Assembly: GCA_041937185.1 (NCBI GenBank) | Contig: CP166621.1 | Coordinates: forward strand, 2,196,571 to 2,260,570 | Source of the DNA: Leptolyngbya sp. BL-A-14 | Lineage (GTDB): Bacteria > Cyanobacteriota > Cyanobacteriia > Leptolyngbyales > Leptolyngbyaceae | Direction: 5' to 3' | DNA length: 64,000 nt | Part shown: one piece after another, positions 40,932 to 51,478 of the stretch | How positions within the stretch are numbered: the stretch's first letter is position 1 | Layout of the letters: every line of letters starts with the position of its first letter | Position numbers and translations under genes: made by a program | Notes under the pieces: model-generated | Told to the model about the DNA's origin: nothing | What the model saw: only the letters and a program-made list of their open reading frames with translations | Database searches by the model: none

Positions 40932-41924
40932 ATGATTGATGACCCGGTGGTTCTAAATGACTGGCATCCTGTGGCGCGATCGGAAGCTGTACCAGAAGGT
41001 GCTGTCTTACCCGTCTGTCTTTTAGAAGAAGAGTTGGTGCTATGGCGCACAGGCGAGCAAGTCTATGCCTGCCAGGATGTGTGCGCCCATCGCGGAACGC
41101 GCCTTTCCTGTGGTCATGTGAAGGAGGAAACGCTGGTCTGCCCCTACCACGGCTGGGTCTACAATAGCGATGGCCAGTGCGTCCACATTCCAGCCCATCC
41201 GGGGCAGACGATTCCGAAACGCGCTCAGGTGAAGACGTACCGCGTACAGGAACGCTACAACCTGGTTTGGGTGGCGATTGGTGAACCCGCGCACGACATT
41301 CCACCCTTTCCTGAATGGGATGATCCGACCTATCGCAAACTGCTATGCGGACCTTATGGAGCGTTTGAACTGTGTGGTCTGCGGGCGATCGAAAACTTTC
41401 TCGATGTGGCCCACTTTCCTTTTATTCATGAGGGCATTTTGGGCGATGTTGCCTACCCCGAAATTGAAGATTATGGAAGCACGATCGAGCCCGACGGTGT
41501 GCTTTCTAAAGGAGTGAGCGTCTACCAGCCGAATCCCTACGGCACTGGGCAAGGCGGCGTGGTGGCTTACACCTACCGGGCTTTGCGACCCTTCACGGCC
41601 TACCTGGCAAAAGAATCAGAGGGCACCCGCTTCTCCATTTTCTTTTGCATCACGCCCCATGCGCCGCTGAGCAGCACGCTCTGGATGTGGATGGCGATGA
41701 ACTATGACTATGAAACCCCTGCGGACGAACTGATCGCGTGGCAGGAGAAAATTCTGAACCAGGACATTCCCATCATCCAGGCGCAACGTCCTGCCCTACT
41801 GCCGCTTGACGGTCAAACGGATTTGCTGCTCAATAGCGATCGCACCCTCATCCTCTACCGCAAATGGTTGCAGGAGATGGGCCTTCGTTTCGGAACTGTG
41901 AATGGTGGAACCGTGAATGGGTAA
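40932..41924 (+). CDS. Rieske [2Fe-2S] domain oxygenase
   Basis: Rieske motif CAHRGTRLSCGHV ... CPYHGWVY; 330 aa with a C-terminal catalytic-like domain. Confidence 0.75.
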   Translation: MIDDPVVLNDWHPVARSEAVPEGAVLPVCLLEEELVLWRTGEQVYACQDVCAHRGTRLSCGHVKEETLVCPYHGWVYNSDGQCVHIPAHPGQTIPKRAQVKTYRVQERYNLVWVAIGEPAHDIPPFPEWDDPTYRKLLCGPYGAFELCGLRAIENFLDVAHFPFIHEGILGDVAYPEIEDYGSTIEPDGVLSKGVSVYQPNPYGTGQGGVVAYTYRALRPFTAYLAKESEGTRFSIFFCITPHAPLSSTLWMWMAMNYDYETPADELIAWQEKILNQDIPIIQAQRPALLPLDGQTDLLLNSDRTLILYRKWLQEMGLRFGTVNGGTVNG

Positions 41925-42213
41925 TTGCTGATTGATCCCCTGGCTGAATGATTTGTGCAGGGAAAGCGCTACCCACACGTCTTCATCGGCGCAAGACATA
42001 CTAGAAAGAGACGATCGCACCAAGTCTGTAGCCCCTACCTGACCATGCAGCCTTGTTCATCCTGTAAACTCGTTGATGCCATACTTTTGATGCAGTACGT
42101 ATCAATCCCCACCGCAGAAGTGGCATGGCGAGAGTAACCTTAGCGATCGACGAACTGTACTCTTAACTATTTTTGCGCCCTTAATCCTTTATCGCTCTGT
42201 AGAGACTCTGACT

Positions 42214-44826
42214 ATGCTTGAATCCTACCGTCAACACGTGGCCGATCGCGCGGCTCAAGGTGTACCGCCCTTACCGCTGAGCGCCGAACAAATGTCTGCT
42301 TTGGGTGAACTGCTCAAACAGCCACCCGCAGGCGAAGAAGCGTTTTTGCTGTCACTGCTGCGCGATCGCGTGCCGCCCGGTGTGGATCAGGCGGCGTACG
42401 TGAAGGCAGGCTTTCTGACGGCGATCGCCAAAGGTGAAATCACCAGTCCCCTTGTCTCACCCAAAGAAGCCGTCGAACTGTTAGGCACCATGATGGGCGG
42501 CTACAATGTCCATTCGCTGATTGATCTGCTGCAAGTTTCGGATGCCGACATTGCCGCTACTGCCACCAAAGCGCTGAGCAAGATTCTCCTCGTTTACGAT
42601 GCCTACCATGACGTGGAGGAGCTGGCGACGAACGGCAACCCCTACGCCAAGCAAGTCCTAGACTCCTGGGCCAACGCTGATTGGTTCACCAGCCGCCCCG
42701 AACTGCCGGAAGCGATCACGGTCACCGTCTTCAAAGTGCCGGGAGAAACCAACACGGACGATCTTTCACCGGCACCCCACGCCACCACGCGCCCTGATAT
42801 TCCCCTCCACGCCCAGGTCATGCTGGAAACCCGGCAACCTGGAAGCCTGGAGACGATCGCTACTCTTAAGCAAAAGGGACATCCTGTGGCTTACGTCGGC
42901 GATGTTGTGGGAACAGGGTCTTCTCGGAAATCTGCCATCAACTCGGTTTTGTGGCATATCGGCGATGACATTCCCTTCGTGCCCAACAAGCGCACAGGTG
43001 GCTACATTCTGGGCGGCAAGATTGCGCCGATCTTTTTCAATACGGCAGAAGATTCGGGAGCACTGCCGATCGAGTGCGATGTCACCAAACTCGAAACTGG
43101 GGATGTGATTACGATCCATCCCTACAAAGGTGAAATTACGAATGAGGCAGGCGAAGTCGTTTCCACCTTCACCCTCAAACCCGACACGATACTGGATGAA
43201 GTCCGGGCGGGTGGTCGCATTCCCCTCCTCATTGGTCGCACGCTGACCGATAAAATCCGCGCCGATATGGGTCTGGATCACAGCCCCTTGTTCCGCCGTC
43301 CCCATCAACCCGCCGATACGGGCAAAGGTTTCACGCTGGCACAAAAAATGGTGGGCAAAGCCTGTGGCCTTCCCGGTGTGCGTCCCGGTACTTCCTGCGA
43401 ACCGCTCATGACCACTGTGGGTTCCCAAGATACGACGGGACCCATGACCCGCGACGAGCTGAAAGAGCTTGCCTGTCTGGGCTTCAGCGCCGATCTCGTG
43501 ATGCAGAGCTTCTGCCATACGGCGGCTTATCCCAAACCTGTTGATATCAAAACGCACAAAGAACTGCCCGACTTCATGCACGAGCGCGGTGGTGTAGCGT
43601 TGCGTCCCGGCGATGGGATCATCCACTCCTGGCTGAACCGCATGCTGCTGCCTGACACCGTTGGTACGGGTGGCGATTCCCATACCCGTTTTCCACTCGG
43701 CATTTCCTTCCCGGCGGGTTCTGGTCTGGTGGCCTTTGCAGCGGCCCTCGGCGCGATGCCGCTGGATATGCCCGAATCGGTGCTGGTGCGCTTCAAAGGC
43801 ACGCTGCAACCGGGTGTCACCCTGCGCGATATTGTGAACGCCATTCCCTATGCCGCGATGCAACGGGGACTGCTGACGGTTTCCAAGGAGAACAAGCAAA
43901 ACGTCTTCTCCGGTCGCATTATGGAAATGGAAGGATTGCCCGATTTGAAGCTGGAGCAAGCCTTTGAACTGACGGATGCCACAGCAGAACGCTCCTGCGC
44001 TGGTTCTACCATCAAGCTGAGTACAGATACGGTGGCAGAGTACCTGCGATCGAACGTTGCCCTGATGAAAAACATGGTGGCACGGGGCTATGGCGATGCT
44101 CGTACGATTTTGCGCCGCGTTGCCAAGATGGAGCAGTGGTTGGCAAATCCCAGCTTGATGGCCGCTGATGCTGATGCAGAGTATGCCGAAATCATTGAAG
44201 TGGATCTGGATCAGATTAAGGAACCGATCGTCGCGGCTCCCAACGATCCTGACAACGTCAAGCTGATGTCTGAATGTGCAGGCGATCCGGTGCATGAGGT
44301 CTTCATCGGCTCCTGCATGACCAACATTGGGCATTACCGTGCCGCTGCCAAAATTCTGGAGGGCGCAGGTCCCGTCAAAGTACGCCTCTGGATCTGCCCG
44401 CCTACCCGCATGGATGAAAAGCAACTGCGGGAAGAGGGGATGTACGGCATCTTCGCCGCTGCGGGAGCCAGAACCGAAATGCCGGGATGCTCGCTCTGCA
44501 TGGGCAATCAAGCACGGGTTGCAGACGGTACCACGGTGTTCTCAACCTCCACACGGAACTTCAATAACCGTATGGGCAAAGGCGCTCAGGTCTATCTCGG
44601 TTCAGCAGAGCTAGCTGCCGTCTGTGCGCTGCTGGGCAAAATTCCCACCGTGGAAGAGTACATGGCGATCGTCACCAAAAAGATCGATCCGTTCGCGGCT
44701 GACCTCTACCGCTACCTCAACTTCGACCAGATTCCCGACTTTGAAGACGAAGGTCGCGTGATTCCGCTCGATGAAATGCCCCGCATTGAAGACATCCTGG
44801 GCATGCCAACTGCCGCCGCACGTTAG
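42214..44826 (+). CDS. acnB: aconitate hydratase B (bifunctional aconitase / 2-methylisocitrate dehydratase)
   Basis: 870 aa; AcnB-type N-terminal HEAT-like domain and Fe-S cluster ligands in the C-terminal aconitase domains ([18 protein letters not shown]). Confidence 0.95.
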   Translation: MLESYRQHVADRAAQGVPPLPLSAEQMSALGELLKQPPAGEEAFLLSLLRDRVPPGVDQAAYVKAGFLTAIAKGEITSPLVSPKEAVELLGTMMGGYNVHSLIDLLQVSDADIAATATKALSKILLVYDAYHDVEELATNGNPYAKQVLDSWANADWFTSRPELPEAITVTVFKVPGETNTDDLSPAPHATTRPDIPLHAQVMLETRQPGSLETIATLKQKGHPVAYVGDVVGTGSSRKSAINSVLWHIGDDIPFVPNKRTGGYILGGKIAPIFFNTAEDSGALPIECDVTKLETGDVITIHPYKGEITNEAGEVVSTFTLKPDTILDEVRAGGRIPLLIGRTLTDKIRADMGLDHSPLFRRPHQPADTGKGFTLAQKMVGKACGLPGVRPGTSCEPLMTTVGSQDTTGPMTRDELKELACLGFSADLVMQSFCHTAAYPKPVDIKTHKELPDFMHERGGVALRPGDGIIHSWLNRMLLPDTVGTGGDSHTRFPLGISFPAGSGLVAFAAALGAMPLDMPESVLVRFKGTLQPGVTLRDIVNAIPYAAMQRGLLTVSKENKQNVFSGRIMEMEGLPDLKLEQAFELTDATAERSCAGSTIKLSTDTVAEYLRSNVALMKNMVARGYGDARTILRRVAKMEQWLANPSLMAADADAEYAEIIEVDLDQIKEPIVAAPNDPDNVKLMSECAGDPVHEVFIGSCMTNIGHYRAAAKILEGAGPVKVRLWICPPTRMDEKQLREEGMYGIFAAAGARTEMPGCSLCMGNQARVADGTTVFSTSTRNFNNRMGKGAQVYLGSAELAAVCALLGKIPTVEEYMAIVTKKIDPFAADLYRYLNFDQIPDFEDEGRVIPLDEMPRIEDILGMPTAAAR

Positions 44827-45124
44827 GGCAGCGCAAGCAGAACGACTGCTATGCCAGAAGAATAGTGGTCGAGCACCGGCAAAGAGGAGTAGCTTTTTGT
44901 TGCTCTCCTAGCCAATGTCAGCAGGAGTAGCAGGGGCGATCGTATGCGATGAAGCACGCTGCCCCTGTGACGGCGGAAGCGTTTGAAGCGATTGGGTGAC
45001 AACGGTGCACAACTAAGTTTTGTTTAAGTAAAGAAACAACCCCTCAATAGCCATGTATAGTACTCTTGCTCATTTGCCAATTTTGGGCGTTGCTTGAGTT
45101 CTCTAGCTATCGGGGTCAGCCTTC

Positions 45125-47368
45125 ATGGGTATACCGTTTGTTTTAGATGTTGCGATCGGTCTAGTTTTCATCTATTTAATTCTGAGCCTTCTCGCTTCGG
45201 AATTACAGGAGTTGCTGACGACGCTTTTTCAATGGCGAGCAAAACATCTAAGAGATGCGATCGAAGTTTTTTTGGCAGGCGGTAGTGGCACTCCAGAAGA
45301 AGAGAAAGTCAGGGATTTAGTGAGCAAACTTTATGACGATCCACTGCTTAAAAACGTCAATCAAGAGTCAAAAGGATTGATTACACGGGGTGCCAGAGAA
45401 ATTACTCGTTGGCTGATTCCAGGTAATCGTAAAGGCGCTTTTGGGTTTAATCAATCAAGTGGACCTTCATACATTGCTGCAGAAACATTTTCAACCTCCT
45501 TGCTAGAGCGTTTGGGCATGGCAACGTTAGCCAAAAAGCTGACCGAAGTCAGGTTAGAAAAGTTTGCCGCCAGAATTGTTGGTAGCTTCAAAGTGCAAGC
45601 CGACGCCGCCTCGATCAGCGATTGGGAGAAGGGCAAAATCAGAGTGATTGCTGAGAAAGCAAATAAGGATTTGAGCAGCGATGCCAACTTTGCAGCGCTT
45701 GTGGACGAGTATAACGATATTCTCAATGATTTCAGGGCTGAGGAAATAACGTTAGACACAAGCGTTGAACGGATGGGGGAAAGTCTTGAAGCGTACATTG
45801 CTAGCTATCCACTTACCAATACGCCCACAACCAATACGCCCGCAAATGTATCTGCTGCACCCCAGAATGCCAATCCATCAGTAGCCCCGGTTGAAGAAGG
45901 CGCAGGTGATGGGGTCGCCACTGAAGCTCCCCAAGCTGAAAATGTTTCTGCTGGTAGTGCGCCTGCTAGTGAGCCAACTCCTATGAGTCAAGTGTCAGTT
46001 AGCGGTGACGATCCCAACTATTTCCCAAGGCGATTACAAGCGTTAAAGCAAAGTCTGTTTGGTGACAATAACGAAAGGGCGATTCTGTCTGGAGGTTTGC
46101 GTCCAAGTCTTGCAGAAATTGCCCAGTTGGTGGATGAAAGCAGTTCAACCTATCAAGAGGTGATGCAAGGCTATGAGTCGATGCTTGCCAAAGCACAACC
46201 CTTAGAAGCATTAGTGAACCCTGAACTTGAACAAGAGCTATTGGAAGCCTATCCAGAAGCTATTGAAAAAGAGATTGTGCAAGCCTATCCAGAAACGGTT
46301 GAAGAGCAACTTGTAGCGATCGCGCCAGACGTTTTTAAGAGCGTTGAACAGCAGTTGACTGAGCGTCGTCGCAAAATCTATCGCGCTAAAGTAAACCCTC
46401 AAGCTAATTTATTAAAGCAGCAGAAACGAACCATTCATAACGCTTTAGGTCAACTGAGCACGGAACAACGACAGCAGGTTTTAAGCGCCGTATTGAATCA
46501 ATTCAGTGGGGATGAGCGGACACTTATTATTAGTAGAAGTCTAGAACAACTGAGCAATGAGCAGCGTTATGCTGTGATTAATATTGTCTTCGTTAAATTG
46601 GGTCTCACGAATGCCGATCGCTCCGTTTATGATGACTATCAAACGTACAAGGTGATTCGACAAGCATTAGAAAAACTGCCGAACTCGGTCAAAGACAGTT
46701 TTGCTATTCTTGCTCGACGGGCGCAGTCTAAAGTACAGCAAGCAAGCCGCGATATTAACCAGTTTCGTGTGGAAGTAGGAGAATGGTTCGATCGCTCAAT
46801 GGAGCGAGCTTCTGGTGTTTACAAGCGCAATGCAAAAGGTGTCGCGCTTTTAATTGGCTTAGCGCTAGCAAGTGCTACAAACTCAGATGCCTTTTTCATT
46901 GTTAATCGCTTAGCCAACGATGAGAACTTACGCAAAGTGATCACCGACCAGGCGGCGCAGTTGCCTCAAAGAGATCCGTCAGCCAAAGTGAGACCACTCG
47001 ATCAGGAGCTTAGGGATCTCAAGCAACAGACCGATATAGCACTTAACGATCTCTCGCTTCCGATCGGCTGGAAACCAGAAAACTTTTCCAACCAATTTGA
47101 GTGCCCACCGCCCCCCTTTGCCCCATCTGGCGGTGATTCCTGTAACGTGTTTTCTAACCAAGCAGGAGCGATGAATGCGGGTTCCATCGTTCAACTCATC
47201 GCATCGAAACCGATCGACCTCCTCAAGCTGCTGATTGGTTGGATCGTGAGTGGTCTGGCGATCTCGATGGGCGCACCGTTCTGGTTTGATCTGCTAGGCA
47301 AGATTATGAATGTACGCAACTCAGGCAGCAAGCCGCCATCGCCAGAAACGAAGGAAACGGCGAAGTAG
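45125..47368 (+). CDS. large hypothetical membrane protein with acidic repetitive central region
   Basis: 747 aa; TM helix at the N-terminus (VAIGLVFIYLILSLL) and two near the C-terminus; central E/Q-rich coiled and low-complexity region. Confidence 0.6.
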   Translation: MGIPFVLDVAIGLVFIYLILSLLASELQELLTTLFQWRAKHLRDAIEVFLAGGSGTPEEEKVRDLVSKLYDDPLLKNVNQESKGLITRGAREITRWLIPGNRKGAFGFNQSSGPSYIAAETFSTSLLERLGMATLAKKLTEVRLEKFAARIVGSFKVQADAASISDWEKGKIRVIAEKANKDLSSDANFAALVDEYNDILNDFRAEEITLDTSVERMGESLEAYIASYPLTNTPTTNTPANVSAAPQNANPSVAPVEEGAGDGVATEAPQAENVSAGSAPASEPTPMSQVSVSGDDPNYFPRRLQALKQSLFGDNNERAILSGGLRPSLAEIAQLVDESSSTYQEVMQGYESMLAKAQPLEALVNPELEQELLEAYPEAIEKEIVQAYPETVEEQLVAIAPDVFKSVEQQLTERRRKIYRAKVNPQANLLKQQKRTIHNALGQLSTEQRQQVLSAVLNQFSGDERTLIISRSLEQLSNEQRYAVINIVFVKLGLTNADRSVYDDYQTYKVIRQALEKLPNSVKDSFAILARRAQSKVQQASRDINQFRVEVGEWFDRSMERASGVYKRNAKGVALLIGLALASATNSDAFFIVNRLANDENLRKVITDQAAQLPQRDPSAKVRPLDQELRDLKQQTDIALNDLSLPIGWKPENFSNQFECPPPPFAPSGGDSCNVFSNQAGAMNAGSIVQLIASKPIDLLKLLIGWIVSGLAISMGAPFWFDLLGKIMNVRNSGSKPPSPETKETAK

Positions 47369-47477
47369 GGAGAGGGATAAAGGATAAAGGATGAAGGATA
47401 AAAAGCTGATCGCTGACTTTTCTACTCCCTACTCCTTACTCCCTACTCCCTGCCCTCTGCCCTCTGCCTTCTCTCCC
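47369..47477. repeat. STRR-like heptamer repeat cluster
   Basis: GGATAAA/GGATGAA runs, CTCCCTA x3, CCCTCTG x3. Confidence 0.8.
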
Positions 47478-48896
47478 CTACTCCCTCACCGCCATTTTCT
47501 CTAATGCCGTTTGCAGGTCTTGCGTTAGGGTTGTCACGGCTTGTTTGGCGTTGCGTCGGTTGCCTTCGTAATCTTGCCAGCGATCGGACACTGAAAGCGG
47601 TTGCCCGATCGTCACAATGGCTTTTTGCTTGCCAAGTTTCGGGCGATCGAGGGGTGTGCCGCCTTTAATGCGGGCAATCATATCCCACATCAGCAGGGCT
47701 GTTTCAGCAAAGCGTTCAGCCGTCGGCTTTTCGAGCACGTACTTACCTGTAACGGCAACAAAACTTTCAACGACGCGCATATGCCAGAGGCGTAGATCGG
47801 CTTCTTCAGCCAGTCGATCGGCAAGTCCATGTTCCAGCAGTGAAACCTCCTCAATCGGCTTCAGATCTTCTCGATAGATGTAGTCCCAACCCGCTTGCTC
47901 CAACCGCCGACAGCGATCGATCACGCTACCTTTGGGCTGCAAGTTGAAATACTGCTCTGCGACTTTTAATGCGGCATCCATCAGCGCGTTGAGGCGAGTG
48001 GCAAACGCTTCGTGAGAAATTGGTGCGTCAAGGTCTGCTGGTGGTGCAGTGCTGCCGTCCTTTACGGTTGCTAGCGGCTGGTGATAGAAACGGCTATAGA
48101 ACTGCTCCATCACCGAGAGTAAGTGTTCACCCAGACGATACAGCCGTTTGTAAAGAAGTGGCTCTGCAGTTGCATCTGCGTGACGGATCGGGCTACTGGC
48201 TAAGCCTGTATCGAGTTCCAGAGTAGTTAAAAGCTGATCGATCGCGCTCCAGGGTGGCGAAATGTAGTGATATTGAATCCCGATCGGCACGACGAGAACT
48301 GTTTCCGATCGATTGGCTTTGTGCAGATCTTCGGCACACCAAAAGGCAAGTTGGCTAAGCCCAGGTTCTAGCGGGCTCACAATTTCGGTATGCCCGTTGG
48401 TCGCCCCTTCGGGAGCAGCAGCCAGTGGCAGCGAACCGTTTGCAAATAGATCGCGGGCAGAACGTAACCCAACGCGATCGACTTTGCCCCGATGAATTGG
48501 CGTACCGCCCAGTCGTGAATAGAGCCAACCCATGAGCGAACCCGCCCAGAGTGGAATGCCGCGATCGTAAATAAAATGGGCATGCAGTGGACGGTTGAGC
48601 GCAACCTTTTGCTGACGCGCAACCTTCGGCACGAGGCGAGCCAGCAAATAAGCCAGCACAAAGGGATCGGTCGCACTCGGATGCCGAAACGCCATGAGAA
48701 AGCGAATGTTACCCGCCTGAAATTGACGATACAGATCGACCAACACCTCAACGTTTTCGGCTTCAACCCGCCGAATCGATGTCCGCGATCGCATAATCAA
48801 CGGCAACAGCCATTGCAACACTTGAACAACGGTCATGCTGAGCTGAGGCGGAATGAATTCTAGCGGTGGTTGAACTTGGCGAATGAGGCGAGGCAA
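47478..48896 (-). CDS. lysophospholipid/glycerol-phosphate acyltransferase (PlsC-like) family protein
   Basis: HX4D motif (FRHPSATD) and PEG motif (AAPEGATNGH); 472 aa with a long C-terminal extension. Confidence 0.65.
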   Translation of the reverse strand: MPRLIRQVQPPLEFIPPQLSMTVVQVLQWLLPLIMRSRTSIRRVEAENVEVLVDLYRQFQAGNIRFLMAFRHPSATDPFVLAYLLARLVPKVARQQKVALNRPLHAHFIYDRGIPLWAGSLMGWLYSRLGGTPIHRGKVDRVGLRSARDLFANGSLPLAAAPEGATNGHTEIVSPLEPGLSQLAFWCAEDLHKANRSETVLVVPIGIQYHYISPPWSAIDQLLTTLELDTGLASSPIRHADATAEPLLYKRLYRLGEHLLSVMEQFYSRFYHQPLATVKDGSTAPPADLDAPISHEAFATRLNALMDAALKVAEQYFNLQPKGSVIDRCRRLEQAGWDYIYREDLKPIEEVSLLEHGLADRLAEEADLRLWHMRVVESFVAVTGKYVLEKPTAERFAETALLMWDMIARIKGGTPLDRPKLGKQKAIVTIGQPLSVSDRWQDYEGNRRNAKQAVTTLTQDLQTALEKMAVRE

Positions 48897-49115
48897 GGGA
48901 AGTCTCCTTGGTGGTGGTGGAAGGCAGGAGGCAGAAGGCAGGAGGCAGAAGGCAGAGGGCAGAAGGCAGGAGGTTTTTGGGTTGTTAGCGGTTAGTGGTT
49001 AGAAGGAGAGAAAATGCAGCGCTTGTTCTAGCTCAAAACTCAAAACCAACCACTCAAAGCTCAAAACTCTCTAGCGAAGCGGCACGAAGTGCTACTCAAA
49101 ACTCTCTTTCGCTCT
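48897..49115. repeat. composite STRR-like repeat element with conserved AGCGCT core (reverse orientation)
   Basis: GGCAGAA/GGCAGGA runs, GTTAGTG runs, core TTAGAAGGAGAGAAAATGCAGCGCTTGTTCT, AAAACTC runs. Confidence 0.8.
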
Positions 49116-50471
49116 CTAAAAGATAAACATCAGCTTCAGTTTCCACGTTTCCGCCTCGCGGATCAGTTCGATTTGGCAGATAAATTCACGAAAGTAGAAG
49201 CGGCGTTCAGGTTCGGAAAGGTCGAGCCAAAACTGGGGAATAGAGACAGTTTGAGCGATCGCTTGCAAATTAACGGGCGGTAATTGTGCCAGTTTGCTTT
49301 GGAGCACAGCTATTTCAGTGCGGAGTTTGTAGGCGCGGAGGTCGGCGGTTTCTTGATCAAGCACACCACTGGTTACCAACGGAGGCAGTTGGGTCAAGAT
49401 TGCTTGCTTCGCGGCGATCGCACCGTTGATGCCTTGCTTTATGGTGCCCACATCCGGTAGTGCAACATCGGCGACTGCACGTGGTAAATCTTCGCAGATG
49501 CGCTCAATGGTTTGCTGAAGAATGGCATCGTACTCGATCGCCTTGCATTTGGGTGCTCGGGAACATTGAGTGGGTCGCAGATAGAGGTATTCGCGATCGC
49601 GGCGAGGGGCTGAAACACGCGTCACGGTCATGGGCGATCGACATTCACTGCACACCACTAAGCCTGCTAGAGAACGCGGTGCGCTGGCAGTGCGAGGCGG
49701 TAGCTGACGGTTGCGTCTTAGCAGACGATCGACCTGCGCTGCTTCTTCGCGAGAGATGATGGGAGTATGGGTATCGCTGATCAGTTCGCCGTTTTGATAG
49801 GCTGTATCGCCCCGATAGACAGGGTTCGTTAGCCACCGGTGCCCCGTAGAGACGGCAATCTTTTTGCTGTACTTTTTGGCTAAGTAACGCACCGCTTCAC
49901 GGAGGGAACCGTAGAGCAAAAATTGATCGAAAAAGTCTTTGACAACGGGAGCCGTGCTGCGATCGACCACATAACGAGCTTTGCTGCGACGATAGCCGTA
50001 GGGCGCTTTCCCAGGTGGCGGTAAAGCATTGACGCGATTCTGGGCGTGCCCTTGACGAATGCGGCGGCTGCGTTGTTCGCGCTGCACTTGCTGCAACAGC
50101 CTGAGCAAATCTGCTTGAAGGTCGGCTCCTTTCAAAAGGGGCTGCTCGGCCAGAGTTGGATGTATTGGGCTAGTTGCTTGCTCTGTCACAATGAGACGGA
50201 CGCCCAGCGTTTCCAGTTCAGCCAGGCGATCGCCGACTGCCTGAACAGAATCGCCCAATTCTTCCACGCGCCGAATGAGCAGATAATCCGCTGGTTCTGC
50301 CTGACAGTCTTCGAGAAGCTCTTGCCACTGCTGCCGAGCGATCGCACCTCTCTTGGGCACGGTTGCGATGGCTAAATCCTGGTAGACGCGATCGACCTCC
50401 CAACCCCACAGGCTCTGATCAGGTGTCGGTTCTAACAACGGATCACTGTAGAGATAGGCAATAATTTTCAT
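49116..50471 (-). CDS. large serine recombinase family protein with divergent catalytic motifs
   Basis: N-terminal resolvase-like domain (KIIAYLYSDP; ADYLLIRRVEELGDS), recombinase domain and zinc-ribbon (CSEC ... C ... C); start overlaps the upstream GNAT stop by 4 nt. Confidence 0.75.
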   Translation of the reverse strand: MKIIAYLYSDPLLEPTPDQSLWGWEVDRVYQDLAIATVPKRGAIARQQWQELLEDCQAEPADYLLIRRVEELGDSVQAVGDRLAELETLGVRLIVTEQATSPIHPTLAEQPLLKGADLQADLLRLLQQVQREQRSRRIRQGHAQNRVNALPPPGKAPYGYRRSKARYVVDRSTAPVVKDFFDQFLLYGSLREAVRYLAKKYSKKIAVSTGHRWLTNPVYRGDTAYQNGELISDTHTPIISREEAAQVDRLLRRNRQLPPRTASAPRSLAGLVVCSECRSPMTVTRVSAPRRDREYLYLRPTQCSRAPKCKAIEYDAILQQTIERICEDLPRAVADVALPDVGTIKQGINGAIAAKQAILTQLPPLVTSGVLDQETADLRAYKLRTEIAVLQSKLAQLPPVNLQAIAQTVSIPQFWLDLSEPERRFYFREFICQIELIREAETWKLKLMFIF

Positions 50472-51052
50472 CGTGCCGAAGGTGGTCGGTCTGCCACCAT
50501 AAGCCAGCTATCCCGATAAACGCCCTCATGCAGTTCATGCTCAGGCAGTTGTTTGACTTTGATAAAGCCACATTTCTCGTAACAGCGGATAGTACGGGTA
50601 TTACTAACGTGCGGGTCTATCAATACCTTATCAGCTTGCAGATGCTCAAACAGGTAGATCAAAGCGGCTGACAGCGCTTTCGTACCAATGCCTTGATTCC
50701 AACAACGCGGCTCGCCAATAAACAGGTCAATGGCATAAAGCCGAAGACCTTCGCCACGACCATAGCCACCATAGCTTTGCTGATCAGCCTCTGTAAGGTG
50801 ATAGTACTGTAAATAGCCGATCGCCTCAGTTTGGTACAGAATCAAACACGGAATGACATTCTCCTCTGCTAAAACGTTGAGACGATACTCTTCTAAAATT
50901 CTTGCTAATGGAAACGGATTATCTCTGCCTTCATAAAATTCCAGCACTGTTGTATCAGTGAGCCAGTTTGCCATCCGTTGATAATCCTGCATGTCGTCTT
51001 GCATGAGACGAATAGCCACATCGTCCTGCTGGATTAACACTCCACTAACCAA
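50468..51052 (-). CDS. GNAT family N-acetyltransferase, AAC(6')-Ib-like
   Basis: 194 aa; resembles aminoglycoside 6'-N-acetyltransferase type Ib (VAIRLMQDD ... WNQGIGTKAL ... IRCYEKCGF). Confidence 0.8.
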   Translation of the reverse strand: MVSGVLIQQDDVAIRLMQDDMQDYQRMANWLTDTTVLEFYEGRDNPFPLARILEEYRLNVLAEENVIPCLILYQTEAIGYLQYYHLTEADQQSYGGYGRGEGLRLYAIDLFIGEPRCWNQGIGTKALSAALIYLFEHLQADKVLIDPHVSNTRTIRCYEKCGFIKVKQLPEHELHEGVYRDSWLMVADRPPSAR

Positions 51053-51057
51053 AACTG

Positions 51058-51420
51058 CTAAACCTCGCCCAACTCAATGACATTGCCATCGGGGTCCTGA
51101 GTAAAAAGTGCAGCACGACCAGACGCACTCGTTTGAATCGGGCAATTGTGAGCCAAAAGACGCTCTTTGGCGGCGTCTAAACTGGCAACAGAAAAGGCAA
51201 GGTGGCGGTTACGTCCCCATTTTTCAGGGTTATCCAGTTCAGTGGTGAACGCATCGGCAACAATCAAATGGATCTGAAAGCCAGCGACTTCGTACCAGGC
51301 TCCAGGAAAACGGAGCACGCGATCGACTTTCTCTAACCCCAGCACCGAGCCGTAAAACTGCTCCGATCGCTCCAGGTCTGAAACCAACAGGGCAGCGTGA
51401 AGGCAGCGAGTAATCTTCAT
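51058..51420 (-). CDS. VOC family protein (glyoxalase/bleomycin/fosfomycin-resistance-like fold)
   Basis: MKITRCLHAALLVSDLERSEQFYGSVLGL N-terminal module; alternative upstream start at 51468. Confidence 0.7.
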   Translation of the reverse strand: MKITRCLHAALLVSDLERSEQFYGSVLGLEKVDRVLRFPGAWYEVAGFQIHLIVADAFTTELDNPEKWGRNRHLAFSVASLDAAKERLLAHNCPIQTSASGRAALFTQDPDGNVIELGEV

Positions 51421-51478
51421 GGTGATCAACCTGTGAGCATCACTCTCCAGAATACCGGAACTCATCATAGCAACGCTT

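Noticed and set aside
40774-41304. 176-aa minus-strand ORF spanning the guaD 3' end and the Rieske gene 5' end
   Set aside because: It overlaps two well-supported plus-strand genes, and its protein is Arg/Pro-rich with no motif.
42766-44511. 581-aa minus-strand ORF inside acnB
   Set aside because: It lies antisense within a strongly supported, motif-rich acnB gene. Long antisense ORFs are expected in GC-rich coding DNA, and it has no recognisable domain.
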